DNA of 47,047 bases from a phage, in the sequence record OZ335955.1; one strand, 5' to 3'. Below are positions 8,972-19,447 of the stretch, piece by piece; within the stretch, counting starts at the first letter, position 1, and every line of letters begins with the position of its first letter. The position numbers and the translations under genes were made by a program. The notes under the pieces are model-generated. The model saw nothing but the letters and a program-made list of their open reading frames with translations. It was not told the origin of the DNA and made no database searches.

Positions 8972-9449
8972 ATACTGGCGACCGCTGGCAATTATTATAA
9001 TTGTTGCCGCTGGCGCGCTGTGGGCAGCAAATAAAGTATCAAGCTACGGCGAACAGCAATACGCCGCCGGGTATGCAAAAGCAGTCGCCGAACAGAAGGC
9101 CGCAGACGAACAAGAGGAGCAACGACGCAATGCAGAACTGCAAAAGATTCAGGCCGACGCACAGCAAAGGATTGACGCTGCGCGCAATGACGCTGTCAAT
9201 GCTGCTGCTAAGTCTGGCAGGTTGCAGCAACAGCTCGCAAATATCCGCAAGCAGCTCATCGGATATTCCACCGCTGAGTCCATTGGCAATCCAGCCGCAA
9301 AAACCGGAGTTTTGCTTGGAAACGTGCTCAGCAAATCTGTCGAAAGAAATCGACAACTGGCAGATTACGCTGACAGGGCAAGAGAAGCAGGATTAGCGTG
9401 TGAGGCACAGTACAATTCATTGAGGGCGGGGAATGCTAAGCAGAGATAA
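8952..9449 (+). CDS. i-spanin (Rz-like)
   Basis: N-terminal TM helix then Ala/Gln/Glu-rich coiled-coil periplasmic domain; GGAGG RBS. Confidence 0.7.
   Translation: MMSILAKYWRPLAIIIIVAAGALWAANKVSSYGEQQYAAGYAKAVAEQKAADEQEEQRRNAELQKIQADAQQRIDAARNDAVNAAAKSGRLQQQLANIRKQLIGYSTAESIGNPAAKTGVLLGNVLSKSVERNRQLADYADRAREAGLACEAQYNSLRAGNAKQR
9187..9396 (+). CDS. o-spanin (Rz1-like lipoprotein), embedded in +1 frame of the i-spanin gene
   Basis: ATG at 9187 inside ORF-track 9001..9396; MTLSMLLLSLAGC lipoprotein signal with lipobox, Pro-rich mature region. Confidence 0.7.
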   Translation: MTLSMLLLSLAGCSNSSQISASSSSDIPPLSPLAIQPQKPEFCLETCSANLSKEIDNWQITLTGQEKQD

Positions 9450-9581
9450 ACGAGAAGAGTATGACAAGATGGCTTCTGATGTGGCAAGTGGTCGCGCTGG
9501 TTATCAGTCTGCGGTGAAATGCAGGCTAAGCAAATCACCAAAGAAATGCTATGGAAAACCACCTGAATCACTGCAATAAAA

Positions 9582-9606
9582 AAGCCCCGTAATGGGGCTT
9601 GTGTTT
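9582..9606. terminator. rho-independent terminator (bidirectional)
   Basis: aagcccc-gtaat-ggggctt hairpin flanked by A-run upstream and gtgttt downstream. Confidence 0.55.
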
Positions 9607-9731
9607 AATTGGCTTGCTCGGTGTTTTCTCTCTTCTTCCACATCTGTTTTAGCTGGAAATAAGCATAAGCCTCATCACCATCTTTCGCATTGCGCTCCAT
9701 TTGCTCACACCATGCTGATGGTTTTGGTGGC

Positions 9732-10040
9732 TCACTCTGCTGGCAATGTTGTTGGTTCATCAACAGATTCCTCAACCGCAGTTTCGACGATGCGCACCAA
9801 CGAACACTCAAGGTCCGGTGCATTGTAATTACCCGCCAGAAACAGAACGCTACCCGTGCTAATCAGCACCTGTTTTGCGTTTGCCTGCGACAGATTCTGC
9901 ACGATGAATTGCGCTGTTTCCGTGCCGATCTTGAGCACTGCGCTGCCGTCGCTGTTCAGTGATACCAGTTGCGCGGACGTGTCAGCAATGTTGGTAAAGT
10001 TTGCGTTTCGTTGCGCGATGGTGATGTCGCAGAATGCCAT
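9732..10040 (-). CDS. hypothetical protein
   Basis: 102-aa ORF; start overlaps stop of upstream gene. Confidence 0.45.
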   Translation of the reverse strand: MAFCDITIAQRNANFTNIADTSAQLVSLNSDGSAVLKIGTETAQFIVQNLSQANAKQVLISTGSVLFLAGNYNAPDLECSLVRIVETAVEESVDEPTTLPAE

Positions 10041-10309
10041 TATTTAATATCTCCGCTCAGTTCATGAACAATTAACGTTGCATAGCCAGCAATATCTTTC
10101 CAGCTGTCATCATAGGTTGGGTCACCATTCAGGATGCGCCCAATCTTGTGTTGAATCATGTCGAGCGCCTCGCGTTGGCTTGGCGTCAGATTGCGCCATC
10201 CATCCACCTCGCGCATCACATCTTTCAGCTCCTGCATGATTTCAGCGCCATCTTTGAATTTACCGTATCCACTGCCGCGTTCGGTGATAAGTTGCTCTGT
10301 ATCTTTCAT
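10040..10309 (-). CDS. hypothetical protein
   Basis: 89-aa ORF immediately downstream of HNH gene. Confidence 0.45.
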   Translation of the reverse strand: MKDTEQLITERGSGYGKFKDGAEIMQELKDVMREVDGWRNLTPSQREALDMIQHKIGRILNGDPTYDDSWKDIAGYATLIVHELSGDIK

Positions 10310-10798
10310 TTACTTTAATGCTCCGTGATTTTTATGGAAACAATATTTTTCCTCAGCTGCTTTTCTGCATTCTGCAGCCATTGACAAGTTTGAGAATCTG
10401 CCAAGCGCAATCTGCTTTCCGTTCACGGCAATCTTTGCATACCATTTCTTACTCTTGTTATCCCAACTAACTCCGACAACATTACTCGTGTTATCAGATC
10501 GCATAGAAAGATTCTTAGCGTTCTGCTTTCTGCTTACCAATCTGAGATTCTCAATCCTATTATCATCACGAATGTGGTTTATATGATCAATCTCCATCCC
10601 CTCTGGTATCTCACCATTGTGCATTTCCCAAATTATTCTATGCATCAGTCGCACTTTTCCAAAGCAATGAACCTGCATGTACCCATTACCTGCCATGCTT
10701 CCTGCCAGCCTCCCTATTTTCATGTTTCTGTTTGTTTTTATCTTCCAATATAGCAACCCATCACGGTATTCGAACACATCATTCCAATCCATCATCAC
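10310..10798 (-). CDS. HNH homing endonuclease (HNH + AP2-like domain)
   Basis: EIDHINHIRDDNRIENLRLVSRKQN HNH motif followed by VVGVSWDNKSKKWYAKI AP2-like region. Confidence 0.85.
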   Translation of the reverse strand: MMMDWNDVFEYRDGLLYWKIKTNRNMKIGRLAGSMAGNGYMQVHCFGKVRLMHRIIWEMHNGEIPEGMEIDHINHIRDDNRIENLRLVSRKQNAKNLSMRSDNTSNVVGVSWDNKSKKWYAKIAVNGKQIALGRFSNLSMAAECRKAAEEKYCFHKNHGALK

Positions 10799-10994
10799 TC
10801 TCCTTTATTGTGACTTTGTTATTCTCGTCAACACTGAAGTTGGCGCGAATTAAATCATACATGTCATTTTTAGACATATCAGCCAGCGCCACATAGCAAC
10901 GGGCAAAGTAGCGAACATCACGGAGTGTCAGCGGCTGCCGCTTCTCCACAATGCTGGTGATAATGTCCATCGGCTCGCGTCGTGGTCTTGGCAT
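10779..10994 (-). CDS. hypothetical protein
   Basis: 71-aa ORF; 20-nt overlap with HNH gene start. Confidence 0.4.
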   Translation of the reverse strand: MPRPRREPMDIITSIVEKRQPLTLRDVRYFARCYVALADMSKNDMYDLIRANFSVDENNKVTIKESDDGLE

Positions 10995-11093
10995 ATTTAC
11001 TACTCCTTCTCGAAAAACATCTTGACGTTTCTACATCACTTAGTCAATACTTATTGACGTAGATTGTACCACAACGGAAAAGGTGATGTGGAA

Positions 11094-11291
11094 ATGCGAT
11101 ACAAAAAAATAGCAGCGAGATACCAGAAAGAAGTGCGCGAGGTTATGGAAATCCTTAACGTTCGCGAAGATACCATTAAGTATGTGGAAACTGCCATGTG
11201 TTCACTTGCTCTTGAAGCGGAGGTTGCTGGTCGTGAAAAGGCTGACGAACTTATATCTGCGGTTGTTTATAGTTCAACCAGTAACGGTTGA
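11094..11291 (+). CDS. hypothetical protein
   Basis: ORF-track 11064..11291 starts at TTG; ATG at 11094 preceded by AAGGTGA. Confidence 0.4.
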   Translation: MRYKKIAARYQKEVREVMEILNVREDTIKYVETAMCSLALEAEVAGREKADELISAVVYSSTSNG

Positions 11292-11351
11292 GGATGAAGG
11301 TTATCTGTGCGTTGAGCACGTTGTTATTAAATTCTACGGGAGAAATTACAA

Positions 11352-11546
11352 ATGGCGCATGACGAACTGTACGAAGAATCGTTAATCCAGCTACTGAATG
11401 AAGTTGAGCGCACACGCGAATGGCTGGAGTGCGAGCTGCGGGAAGTGCGTAACCGCCTGCAACGCAAACGCAGCCAGCAGAAGGACGTTATCGACTGGTC
11501 TGGCGATACACCTAAATTTAATAATCTTGGGGAGTGGTTGAAATGA
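11352..11546 (+). CDS. hypothetical protein
   Basis: 64-aa ORF, coiled-coil-like composition. Confidence 0.4.
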   Translation: MAHDELYEESLIQLLNEVERTREWLECELREVRNRLQRKRSQQKDVIDWSGDTPKFNNLGEWLK

Positions 11547-11764
11547 GAAAGTTCAGCACGTTAGTTGATTTGATTCTCGCTGACATCAGAGAGTCCAACG
11601 CCAGAAACAAGAAGTCAAGAAATCAGCAGCAGGATATTACGTTTCGCACACTACTTAAGCAATCGATGCGCGGCAAAAAGGAATGGAGATACAGGCGCGA
11701 CCGAGTTCTGATAAGACTGTGCAAGTTGAACATGAACAAGATACTTAAGGATATGACCAAATGA
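11543..11764 (+). CDS. hypothetical basic protein
   Basis: ATG at 11543 overlaps upstream stop (ATGA); Lys/Arg-rich. Confidence 0.4.
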   Translation: MRKFSTLVDLILADIRESNARNKKSRNQQQDITFRTLLKQSMRGKKEWRYRRDRVLIRLCKLNMNKILKDMTK

Positions 11765-12009
11765 GCGCACCACATATGCCGATGATGAATTATGAGGGAT
11801 TGCTGGATTGCCCATTCTGCGGGAGCGGCGAGACGACAATGGATAGAGAGGATGGGTTATCGCAAGTTGTTTGCTTGGGGTGCGGCATTGCAACTGATTT
11901 ATATCAACAGAAATCAATCATAATTAAAAAATGGAATACCAGAAACGGACACCTCTACACCGCAGACGACTTCAATCAGGCAGCAGAGGAGCGCGATCAT
12001 GGACTATAA
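11761..12009 (+). CDS. Lar-family restriction-alleviation-like zinc-ribbon protein
   Basis: CPFCGSG...VVCLGCG...KKWNTR matches the CPFCG / C-x2-CG / WN-R pattern of Lar family proteins. Confidence 0.55.
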   Translation: MSAPHMPMMNYEGLLDCPFCGSGETTMDREDGLSQVVCLGCGIATDLYQQKSIIIKKWNTRNGHLYTADDFNQAAEERDHGL

Positions 12010-12487
12010 ATCACAAATCATGCGCGTGATTATCAATCATCCAGGCGCAACGCGTGCATATATTGAAAAGCATTGCGGAGGAAAGCATTCAAGCACCACA
12101 ACGCATCGTTTGCATGAGATGCTCGCACTTGGCTTTATTAGCCGCGAGAAGTCAGTTATTCGTGGTGGTAAGTGGCAGTATAAATATTTCATCTCTGATG
12201 ATGCGGCTGGCATTGATGATGCGATTAAGTGCCATTTGCTTGATAACACTGGCGCAGAGGTGAAAGAAATCAGCGCAGCCACTGGCATTGATTACCGGAT
12301 CGTAAAAAGCCGCATCCGCATTATGTTTCATAACGGTGATGTGACGCGAAGCTATGACCACCATAAGAAGCTGTGGCGTTATTCATGGAAGGAGAAGGAA
12401 GTCAATGTAAGCAATCTATTTAATTCACTTCTTCGCAACGCAAGGGGGCATCATGGGGAAAGCCAAACGCAAGAAGCAGGAGTATGA
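11999..12487 (+). CDS. putative winged-helix DNA-binding protein
   Basis: 162 aa; two segments resembling winged HTH modules. Confidence 0.35.
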   Translation: MDYKSQIMRVIINHPGATRAYIEKHCGGKHSSTTTHRLHEMLALGFISREKSVIRGGKWQYKYFISDDAAGIDDAIKCHLLDNTGAEVKEISAATGIDYRIVKSRIRIMFHNGDVTRSYDHHKKLWRYSWKEKEVNVSNLFNSLLRNARGHHGESQTQEAGV

Positions 12488-12629
12488 GCCATTGCCGCCA
12501 TGCGAAATGTCAGGAATGCCGCAGCAGGAGGATGTAATTCTTACCGAGGCAGAGTGGCGCAAAGTGGCAAGAGTGCAAATCATGTTCCGCAAACTTGCTG
12601 AGGACGTACTTAATGAGATGGGCTATTAA
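12453..12629 (+). CDS. small hypothetical protein (58 aa)
   Basis: ATG preceded by AGGGGG; overlaps 3' end of 11999..12487 in another frame; below ORF-track cut-off. Confidence 0.25.
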   Translation: MGKAKRKKQEYEPLPPCEMSGMPQQEDVILTEAEWRKVARVQIMFRKLAEDVLNEMGY

Positions 12630-13011
12630 GCATAAATCTGGCAGAACTCTGTTTGAAACATCGGATGAGTTTATTGCCAATAACCGTAAAGAGATGGGCT
12701 GGGTAGTGGAGGAAGTGAAGATGACGAGTAGAGAGCAGTTTGAGAAATTCATAATGTCTGTGGCTGGCAATGTGTCAATGCAGACATTCATGGTTCATGA
12801 CTCGATTTATTATAAAGACGCCCACATACAAGGTATGTGGAGAGCATGGCAGGCATCACGCGCAGCAATTGAGATTGAGTCTCCGGATTTCGTTGATTCA
12901 AGAGCGGCATTAAATAAAGGCTACACAGTTGATTACTCCAATGGATTTGGCGACGCAATGGATGCATATGAACTGGCAATTGAGCAAGCAGGCTTAAAGG
13001 TGAAAAAATGA
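12613..13011 (+). CDS. hypothetical protein
   Basis: ORF-track 12595..13011 starts at TTG; ATG at 12613. Confidence 0.45.
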   Translation: MRWAIKHKSGRTLFETSDEFIANNRKEMGWVVEEVKMTSREQFEKFIMSVAGNVSMQTFMVHDSIYYKDAHIQGMWRAWQASRAAIEIESPDFVDSRAALNKGYTVDYSNGFGDAMDAYELAIEQAGLKVKK

Positions 13012-13334
13012 TCATCCCATTAAACGACATTATGAAAGCAGACATCATTCAGCTTGAAGATTATGACATGCAACTGGCATTTGAAATTGAAACCGTTGAA
13101 CGGCAGCTTCAATATGCAGATAAGAAGAATGATCGAGTCTGGCATGAGAAAGCACTTAAGGCACGAGACCACATGAAGCGCACGCGAGCACTTATTAAAA
13201 CGCGTCTTGATAAGCTGTATTTTGGTGAGGAAAGGATGTTGCATGGCGCGATACTGGCACAAATCCGTAAGGAAATGCCGATCGGCAAGTTCATGTCATA
13301 CGTCCACCGGGCGAAGCAGGAGGCTGGGTTATGA
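13008..13334 (+). CDS. hypothetical protein
   Basis: 108-aa ORF, ATGA overlap with upstream gene. Confidence 0.45.
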   Translation: MIIPLNDIMKADIIQLEDYDMQLAFEIETVERQLQYADKKNDRVWHEKALKARDHMKRTRALIKTRLDKLYFGEERMLHGAILAQIRKEMPIGKFMSYVHRAKQEAGL

Positions 13335-13477
13335 TTCCGTTACTGTGGATATTATCAGCCTACGCATTCGCGAGAGTATTTGAGGCTGATACTCTGTACC
13401 AGATGATTTGCTATGGCGCTCTGTTCTGCCTGTCAGGTGCTGCGCTCGCATTCATGGATGATGTGATTTCAGACTAA
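13331..13477 (+). CDS. small membrane protein (48 aa)
   Basis: ATGA overlap with upstream stop; hydrophobic product. Confidence 0.3.
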   Translation: MIPLLWILSAYAFARVFEADTLYQMICYGALFCLSGAALAFMDDVISD

Positions 13478-13532
13478 CACCGTATATCTTTTGTTCATCA
13501 TGGGCTGCTATCATTTAATCAGGAGGTAGCCC

Positions 13533-13655
13533 ATGAATATAATCCCTATCACTTACTTTCTCACGCTATACGCGCTCACAGACTCACCATTGTTTGCACT
13601 GGCTACCGCCTCATGGTGCTATATCTCCCTGTGTTATAATTCGACCACAAACTAA
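13533..13655 (+). CDS. small hydrophobic protein (40 aa)
   Basis: AGGAGG 6 nt upstream of ATG; not in ORF track. Confidence 0.3.
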   Translation: MNIIPITYFLTLYALTDSPLFALATASWCYISLCYNSTTN

Positions 13656-13671
13656 CCGTGGAGAGTTAACC

Positions 13672-15551
<1,880 letters not shown>

Positions 15552-15553
15552 TA

Positions 15554-16624
15554 ATGGAAAAGATTATTTTTACCAAAGACTTGGTAGCCAACTCCGCAGT
15601 AGTGGCTGACCAGTGGAAACATCTCACTATCGACCGTAAAGTGTTCTGCAATGCAGAAGCTGAGCTGGCGAAAACCTATGGTGTTAACGCCACTGCGCTG
15701 GTAACGAAAGATTACTGGCGCGACGTGGATAACGTCACCACCCGCGTTTTCCGCAACGAAGCTGGTCAGGATATGATGGCTGACCTGATGGGGATCGCAG
15801 CAAACATCAATATCGGTAAGACTGTGGCAATCAGCCGCATCGCTTCCGATGCTGGTAAGGTTGTCCGCACTCTGTCTGGTCAGGAGCCGGAAGACTTGGA
15901 CAAAACTCGCTACGATTACACTGGCGATGTGATTCCAATCTTCAAGACTGGCTACAGCCGCGAATGGCGCGAACTGCTGGGTATGCAGTCAGAAGGTTTT
16001 GACCCACTGCTGGACGATCAGGCCAACGTCACCTTCAACCTGCGTTCAGATATGGCGCAATACCTGCTGACTGGCGACCAGACTCTGAACGTGAACGGCG
16101 TTTACACTGGCTACGGCATCACCAACCACCCGAACACTGTTCAGGTTAACCTGAATTCTTCCGGCGGTCTGAATATCGACCTGCAAACCGCAACGCCAGA
16201 CGAAATCGTGACCTTCTTTAATCAGGATTTCCAGGCTATTCTGGATGCGCAGAACGTATTTGAACAGGTGACTCTGTGGGTTTCTCCGGCAGTGCGCCGT
16301 AGCTTCATGCGTCCGTATTCTGATGCGGCAGGTTTCAAAGGCGGCACCGTTGAGCAGTACATCACGCAGTTCGGCAACGGTCGCATCGGTAAGATTGGCA
16401 CCAACTTCCTGCTGAGTGGTAACCATTTCGTTGGTTACGTTCGCAACGACATGTACATCCGTCCGCGTGTTGCTCAACCTGTTTCCACCTATGCGGCTGC
16501 CCGTGCCAACCCGCACGATAACTTTAACTTCCTCGTGTGGTCAGCTTTTGGCCTGCAAATCCGTAAGGATTTCACTGGTAAGTCAAAAGTGTTTAACGGC
16601 TACGGTACGCAAACTCCGCAGTAA
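15554..16624 (+). CDS. major capsid protein
   Basis: 356-aa ORF after scaffold gene; followed by a hairpin terminator. Confidence 0.7.
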   Translation: MEKIIFTKDLVANSAVVADQWKHLTIDRKVFCNAEAELAKTYGVNATALVTKDYWRDVDNVTTRVFRNEAGQDMMADLMGIAANINIGKTVAISRIASDAGKVVRTLSGQEPEDLDKTRYDYTGDVIPIFKTGYSREWRELLGMQSEGFDPLLDDQANVTFNLRSDMAQYLLTGDQTLNVNGVYTGYGITNHPNTVQVNLNSSGGLNIDLQTATPDEIVTFFNQDFQAILDAQNVFEQVTLWVSPAVRRSFMRPYSDAAGFKGGTVEQYITQFGNGRIGKIGTNFLLSGNHFVGYVRNDMYIRPRVAQPVSTYAAARANPHDNFNFLVWSAFGLQIRKDFTGKSKVFNGYGTQTPQ

Positions 16625-16666
16625 TAGAAAAGGGGCGAAAGCCCCTTTGTGAATTTGAGGTGAATA

Positions 16667-16864
16667 ATGGCTAAATACGAAGTCATCGCGCGAGGAATCT
16701 TTGTTAAAGAGAAGGGAAAGATTCGTGAGTTGCAGTTTGGCGAGGTGATTACCGAACCAGAAGAGCATCTGCTACCAAAACTGCGCATCATGCCAGAGCT
16801 GGAAAAGTCTTTCGAAGTCGCAACACCACAACAAAAGACGACAAAGAAAAAGAAAGCAGAATAA
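16667..16864 (+). CDS. hypothetical protein
   Basis: 65-aa ORF with GAGGTG RBS, Lys-rich C-terminus. Confidence 0.4.
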   Translation: MAKYEVIARGIFVKEKGKIRELQFGEVITEPEEHLLPKLRIMPELEKSFEVATPQQKTTKKKKAE

Positions 16865-16870
16865 AAAGAA

Positions 16871-16896
16871 AAGCCCCATGAAGGGGCTTTGGTTTA
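16871..16896. terminator. rho-independent terminator (bidirectional)
   Basis: aagcccc-atgaa-ggggctt hairpin then tggttt; between convergent genes. Confidence 0.55.
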
Positions 16897-17079
16897 CTGA
16901 CGATCTGGGTCTGAATAGAAGTTAACTAACTTAATGAAATCCCGCTTTCCGCTATGGTTTAAATAAAAACCAGCAATTTCATTAAACGCTTCGTTCGCCG
17001 CTCTTACGCTGCAGCCCATGTTTAAAGCATCACGCGCAGCGATGGCAGCCAGCTTTGTTTTCTCTTTGATGTCCATCAA
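16894..17079 (-). CDS. hypothetical protein
   Basis: 61-aa ORF, last gene of minus-strand accessory operon. Confidence 0.4.
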   Translation of the reverse strand: MMDIKEKTKLAAIAARDALNMGCSVRAANEAFNEIAGFYLNHSGKRDFIKLVNFYSDPDRQ

Positions 17080-17615
17080 TCAATCCTCCTCGGCATAACA
17101 ACAATCTTTGCAGTCTCGCCAGATGGAGCGCTAAGACAGCAAGCTGCGGCATTTGTGTTTCCATTCAGTTCAAACTTAACGCTACTGAATTTAGGGTTAA
17201 ACAGCTTCGCCACTTTCTCAATATCAACAAGGTATCCAGCATTGAAGCCAATTTCCTCTGTTGGCAAGGACTGTTTCGGTATCACTCGATCAATATCAGG
17301 GAATCGACCATCAATCTCTTCGCAGATACCAGCACCAACCATAGCGCCAGCTTCATCATGATACGTTGCAATTTTCGACTTTGTATCAATGATGGCGTAC
17401 TCATAGCGTTTTGTTGGAGATTTGGTGACCTTGATAATCACATTTTCTGTCAGCTTATTGTCATGACTGCCACCAATGAATGCGCGATGACCGTCAGTTG
17501 ATGCGATGCGGCCATCAGGCATGAAGCAGATGCCGTTCAGGTAGTAGCGCACATCATTGCGCGCCTGAAATATTAATGCTGACTCAAGTAATAATTTGCT
17601 GATTTTTAGCTTCAT
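17076..17615 (-). CDS. truncated beta sliding clamp (DnaN domain II-III) homologue
   Basis: ORF-track 17076..17618 starts at GTG; ATG at 17615 with AAGGTG RBS; NDVRYYLNG, TDGHRAF, DGRFPDIDRVIPK, EIGFNAGYLVD and IVVMPRRI align with E. coli DnaN residues ~125-366. Confidence 0.65.
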   Translation of the reverse strand: MKLKISKLLLESALIFQARNDVRYYLNGICFMPDGRIASTDGHRAFIGGSHDNKLTENVIIKVTKSPTKRYEYAIIDTKSKIATYHDEAGAMVGAGICEEIDGRFPDIDRVIPKQSLPTEEIGFNAGYLVDIEKVAKLFNPKFSSVKFELNGNTNAAACCLSAPSGETAKIVVMPRRID

Positions 17616-17788
17616 CACTTCACCTTAATCATATGTTGTTTTGCAACCTTCAGGCATTCCTCAAAAATGCCGCCCTTCTTTGCGCTCTGATTGCGCTTGT
17701 AATACTGGATTGCCGCATCAACTGCCATCTGGTCGATGTCTGGCAGCTTGGCGCGAAGTTGTTTTTCTATGAATGATTCTGGAGACAT
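17615..17788 (-). CDS. small hypothetical protein (57 aa)
   Basis: GAGGAT RBS; not in ORF track. Confidence 0.3.
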   Translation of the reverse strand: MSPESFIEKQLRAKLPDIDQMAVDAAIQYYKRNQSAKKGGIFEECLKVAKQHMIKVK

Positions 17789-17973
17789 TTAATATCCTCA
17801 TCATCGAAGTGGCGTTCATTCCATCTTTCTGCCGCATCTTCGGCACCGTACTCGCTTCTCTTTTCAGTGCCACAATAACCGCATTCAACAACAAACCTGT
17901 CCTGCCAGTTATTATCAATGAATGCCGATGGTGTATTTCCGCAAAACGGGCATATTTTTAATTTAATCATCAC
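17767..17973 (-). CDS. Lar-family restriction-alleviation-like zinc-ribbon protein
   Basis: KICPFCGNTP...FVVECGYCG...ERWNERH; same pattern as the 11761..12009 product. Confidence 0.55.
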   Translation of the reverse strand: MMIKLKICPFCGNTPSAFIDNNWQDRFVVECGYCGTEKRSEYGAEDAAERWNERHFDDEDIKCLQNHS

Positions 17974-18779
17974 ATCTTCTCCAGAATTGCCATAACCTCG
18001 TGAATGTCAGCAACAGGAATCTGGATAAACTCCTCATCCTCTGCCACCACATGACCAGCAGGAAGAATCACATGGTCTGCTGGCTTCAATAACTCAATCA
18101 GACGGTCTACTGGCTTAATCTTTTTCGACTTCAGCACTTTTGCCGTGACTTTGTCTTTACCCTGCGCCTTCGCTTCTTCGACTGCCTCGTCGATAACTTT
18201 AATCGCATCTTCACCATGCTCACGCGTTACTGCTACGGCGTTTGCATAGCTGATTTGCCCGGCATTGATTCGCGCTTTAACTTCCGCTGGCACATCACCC
18301 AACGACAGGTGCATCTGCACATCAGATACTGAGCGGCCTACCTTCCTGGCGATCTCTTCGTTAGTCCAGCCAAAGCCTTTTAGTCGCGTGTAAGCCTTTG
18401 CGCGCTCAAACGGGTCAAGCTGCTTCCCCTGACTGGATGACACCATGAATGCAATTTTATCCGCCTCATCGCCAGTGAAATCCTTGCACTCAATACGAAC
18501 TATTGGTGCGCCGCGCTCAATGGCACGCAATGCGCCGAGATAGCGATGCTGACCATCAAGAATGCGGATTCCCTTCTCGTCAGGAATAACTGTTAATGCC
18601 GGTAGTGGCTGACCAGACTCCCAGCACTGCGCGAAATATTCCACATGTTGCTCATCTGCTTCACGGATGTTGTATCCCGGTTCCAGATAGATTTGCTCCA
18701 CTGGCACGAGATAGGTTTTGTTAACGGCAATGCCGTTGCGGGTTTCTTTGTCTGAATAGATTTTGCTGAGTGTTTTCAT
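17970..18779 (-). CDS. ParB-like nuclease domain protein
   Basis: IRILDGQHRYLGALRA motif typical of the ParB/Srx N-terminal domain. Confidence 0.6.
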   Translation of the reverse strand: MKTLSKIYSDKETRNGIAVNKTYLVPVEQIYLEPGYNIREADEQHVEYFAQCWESGQPLPALTVIPDEKGIRILDGQHRYLGALRAIERGAPIVRIECKDFTGDEADKIAFMVSSSQGKQLDPFERAKAYTRLKGFGWTNEEIARKVGRSVSDVQMHLSLGDVPAEVKARINAGQISYANAVAVTREHGEDAIKVIDEAVEEAKAQGKDKVTAKVLKSKKIKPVDRLIELLKPADHVILPAGHVVAEDEEFIQIPVADIHEVMAILEKM

Positions 18780-18782
18780 TGT

Positions 18783-19406
18783 TTATTCCTCATTACCAGA
18801 ATTAGCAATATCGTAAAACTGACCGTATGTTATCTGCTTAAAGTTATCAGGTATCGTTACCTGCCCATGACCTTCATCTTTTGTATTTGGCACTGCAAAA
18901 ATCAGGCAATCATCCTTTTGCGGGTGTTTACCGCCATAAGTAGACAGCATTGCAAAACCAAATCCGCGACCAGATAGCTCACCAATGCCGGTGCGTGCGA
19001 TGCCATAATGGTTAACAATGTAGTCCTTCCATTCTGGCAATAACTTTAATTTCTCGTTTGCCTCGCGCATCACTGCGTCCAGCTTTTTGTTGTATTCGCG
19101 ACCATCCTTTGTGTTTCCCTTTCCGCGAGCAATAACCACGCGCTGACCTTCCCAAAAGTCTTCGCGCTTTATTGTTACATGGCACGGAAATTCAAACTGC
19201 TTACTCCACACAAAACTCTCAAGTAAGCCACCGCCGACCGCGCCCCAGCTACGTGTCGCGGTGAAAGCGATAGCACCAACCTTTTTCATTGCATCACCGA
19301 GAATTTCATTGCGGCGCTTTTGAATGTCATCATATGCATCAATGACTTTCTTAACATCATCACCTTCAACCATGTAGTAATCATAATGCTTTGCGTTGCT
19401 GCTCAT
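18783..19406 (-). CDS. hypothetical protein
   Basis: ORF-track 18783..19424; internal ATG at 19406 has GAGGTGA RBS and is preferred; no recognised motif. Confidence 0.5.
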   Translation of the reverse strand: MSSNAKHYDYYMVEGDDVKKVIDAYDDIQKRRNEILGDAMKKVGAIAFTATRSWGAVGGGLLESFVWSKQFEFPCHVTIKREDFWEGQRVVIARGKGNTKDGREYNKKLDAVMREANEKLKLLPEWKDYIVNHYGIARTGIGELSGRGFGFAMLSTYGGKHPQKDDCLIFAVPNTKDEGHGQVTIPDNFKQITYGQFYDIANSGNEE

Positions 19407-19447
19407 TTTTATCACCTCTAACATTTATTGTTGTTTCTACATCACTA

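Noticed and set aside
9605-9823. 72-aa minus-strand ORF downstream of the 9732..10040 gene
   Set aside because: Overlaps the 3' end of the better-supported 9732..10040 ORF in another frame and has no RBS; may be real but unsupported.
11022-11075. Complete promoter at the TTGACG copies between 10994 and 11094
   Set aside because: The family motif is present twice, but no acceptable -10 hexamer sits 16-18 bp downstream of either TTGACG on either strand; kept only as a motif instance (possible operator).
16046-16516. 156-aa minus-strand ORF inside the major capsid gene
   Set aside because: Antisense to a well-supported structural gene, no RBS.
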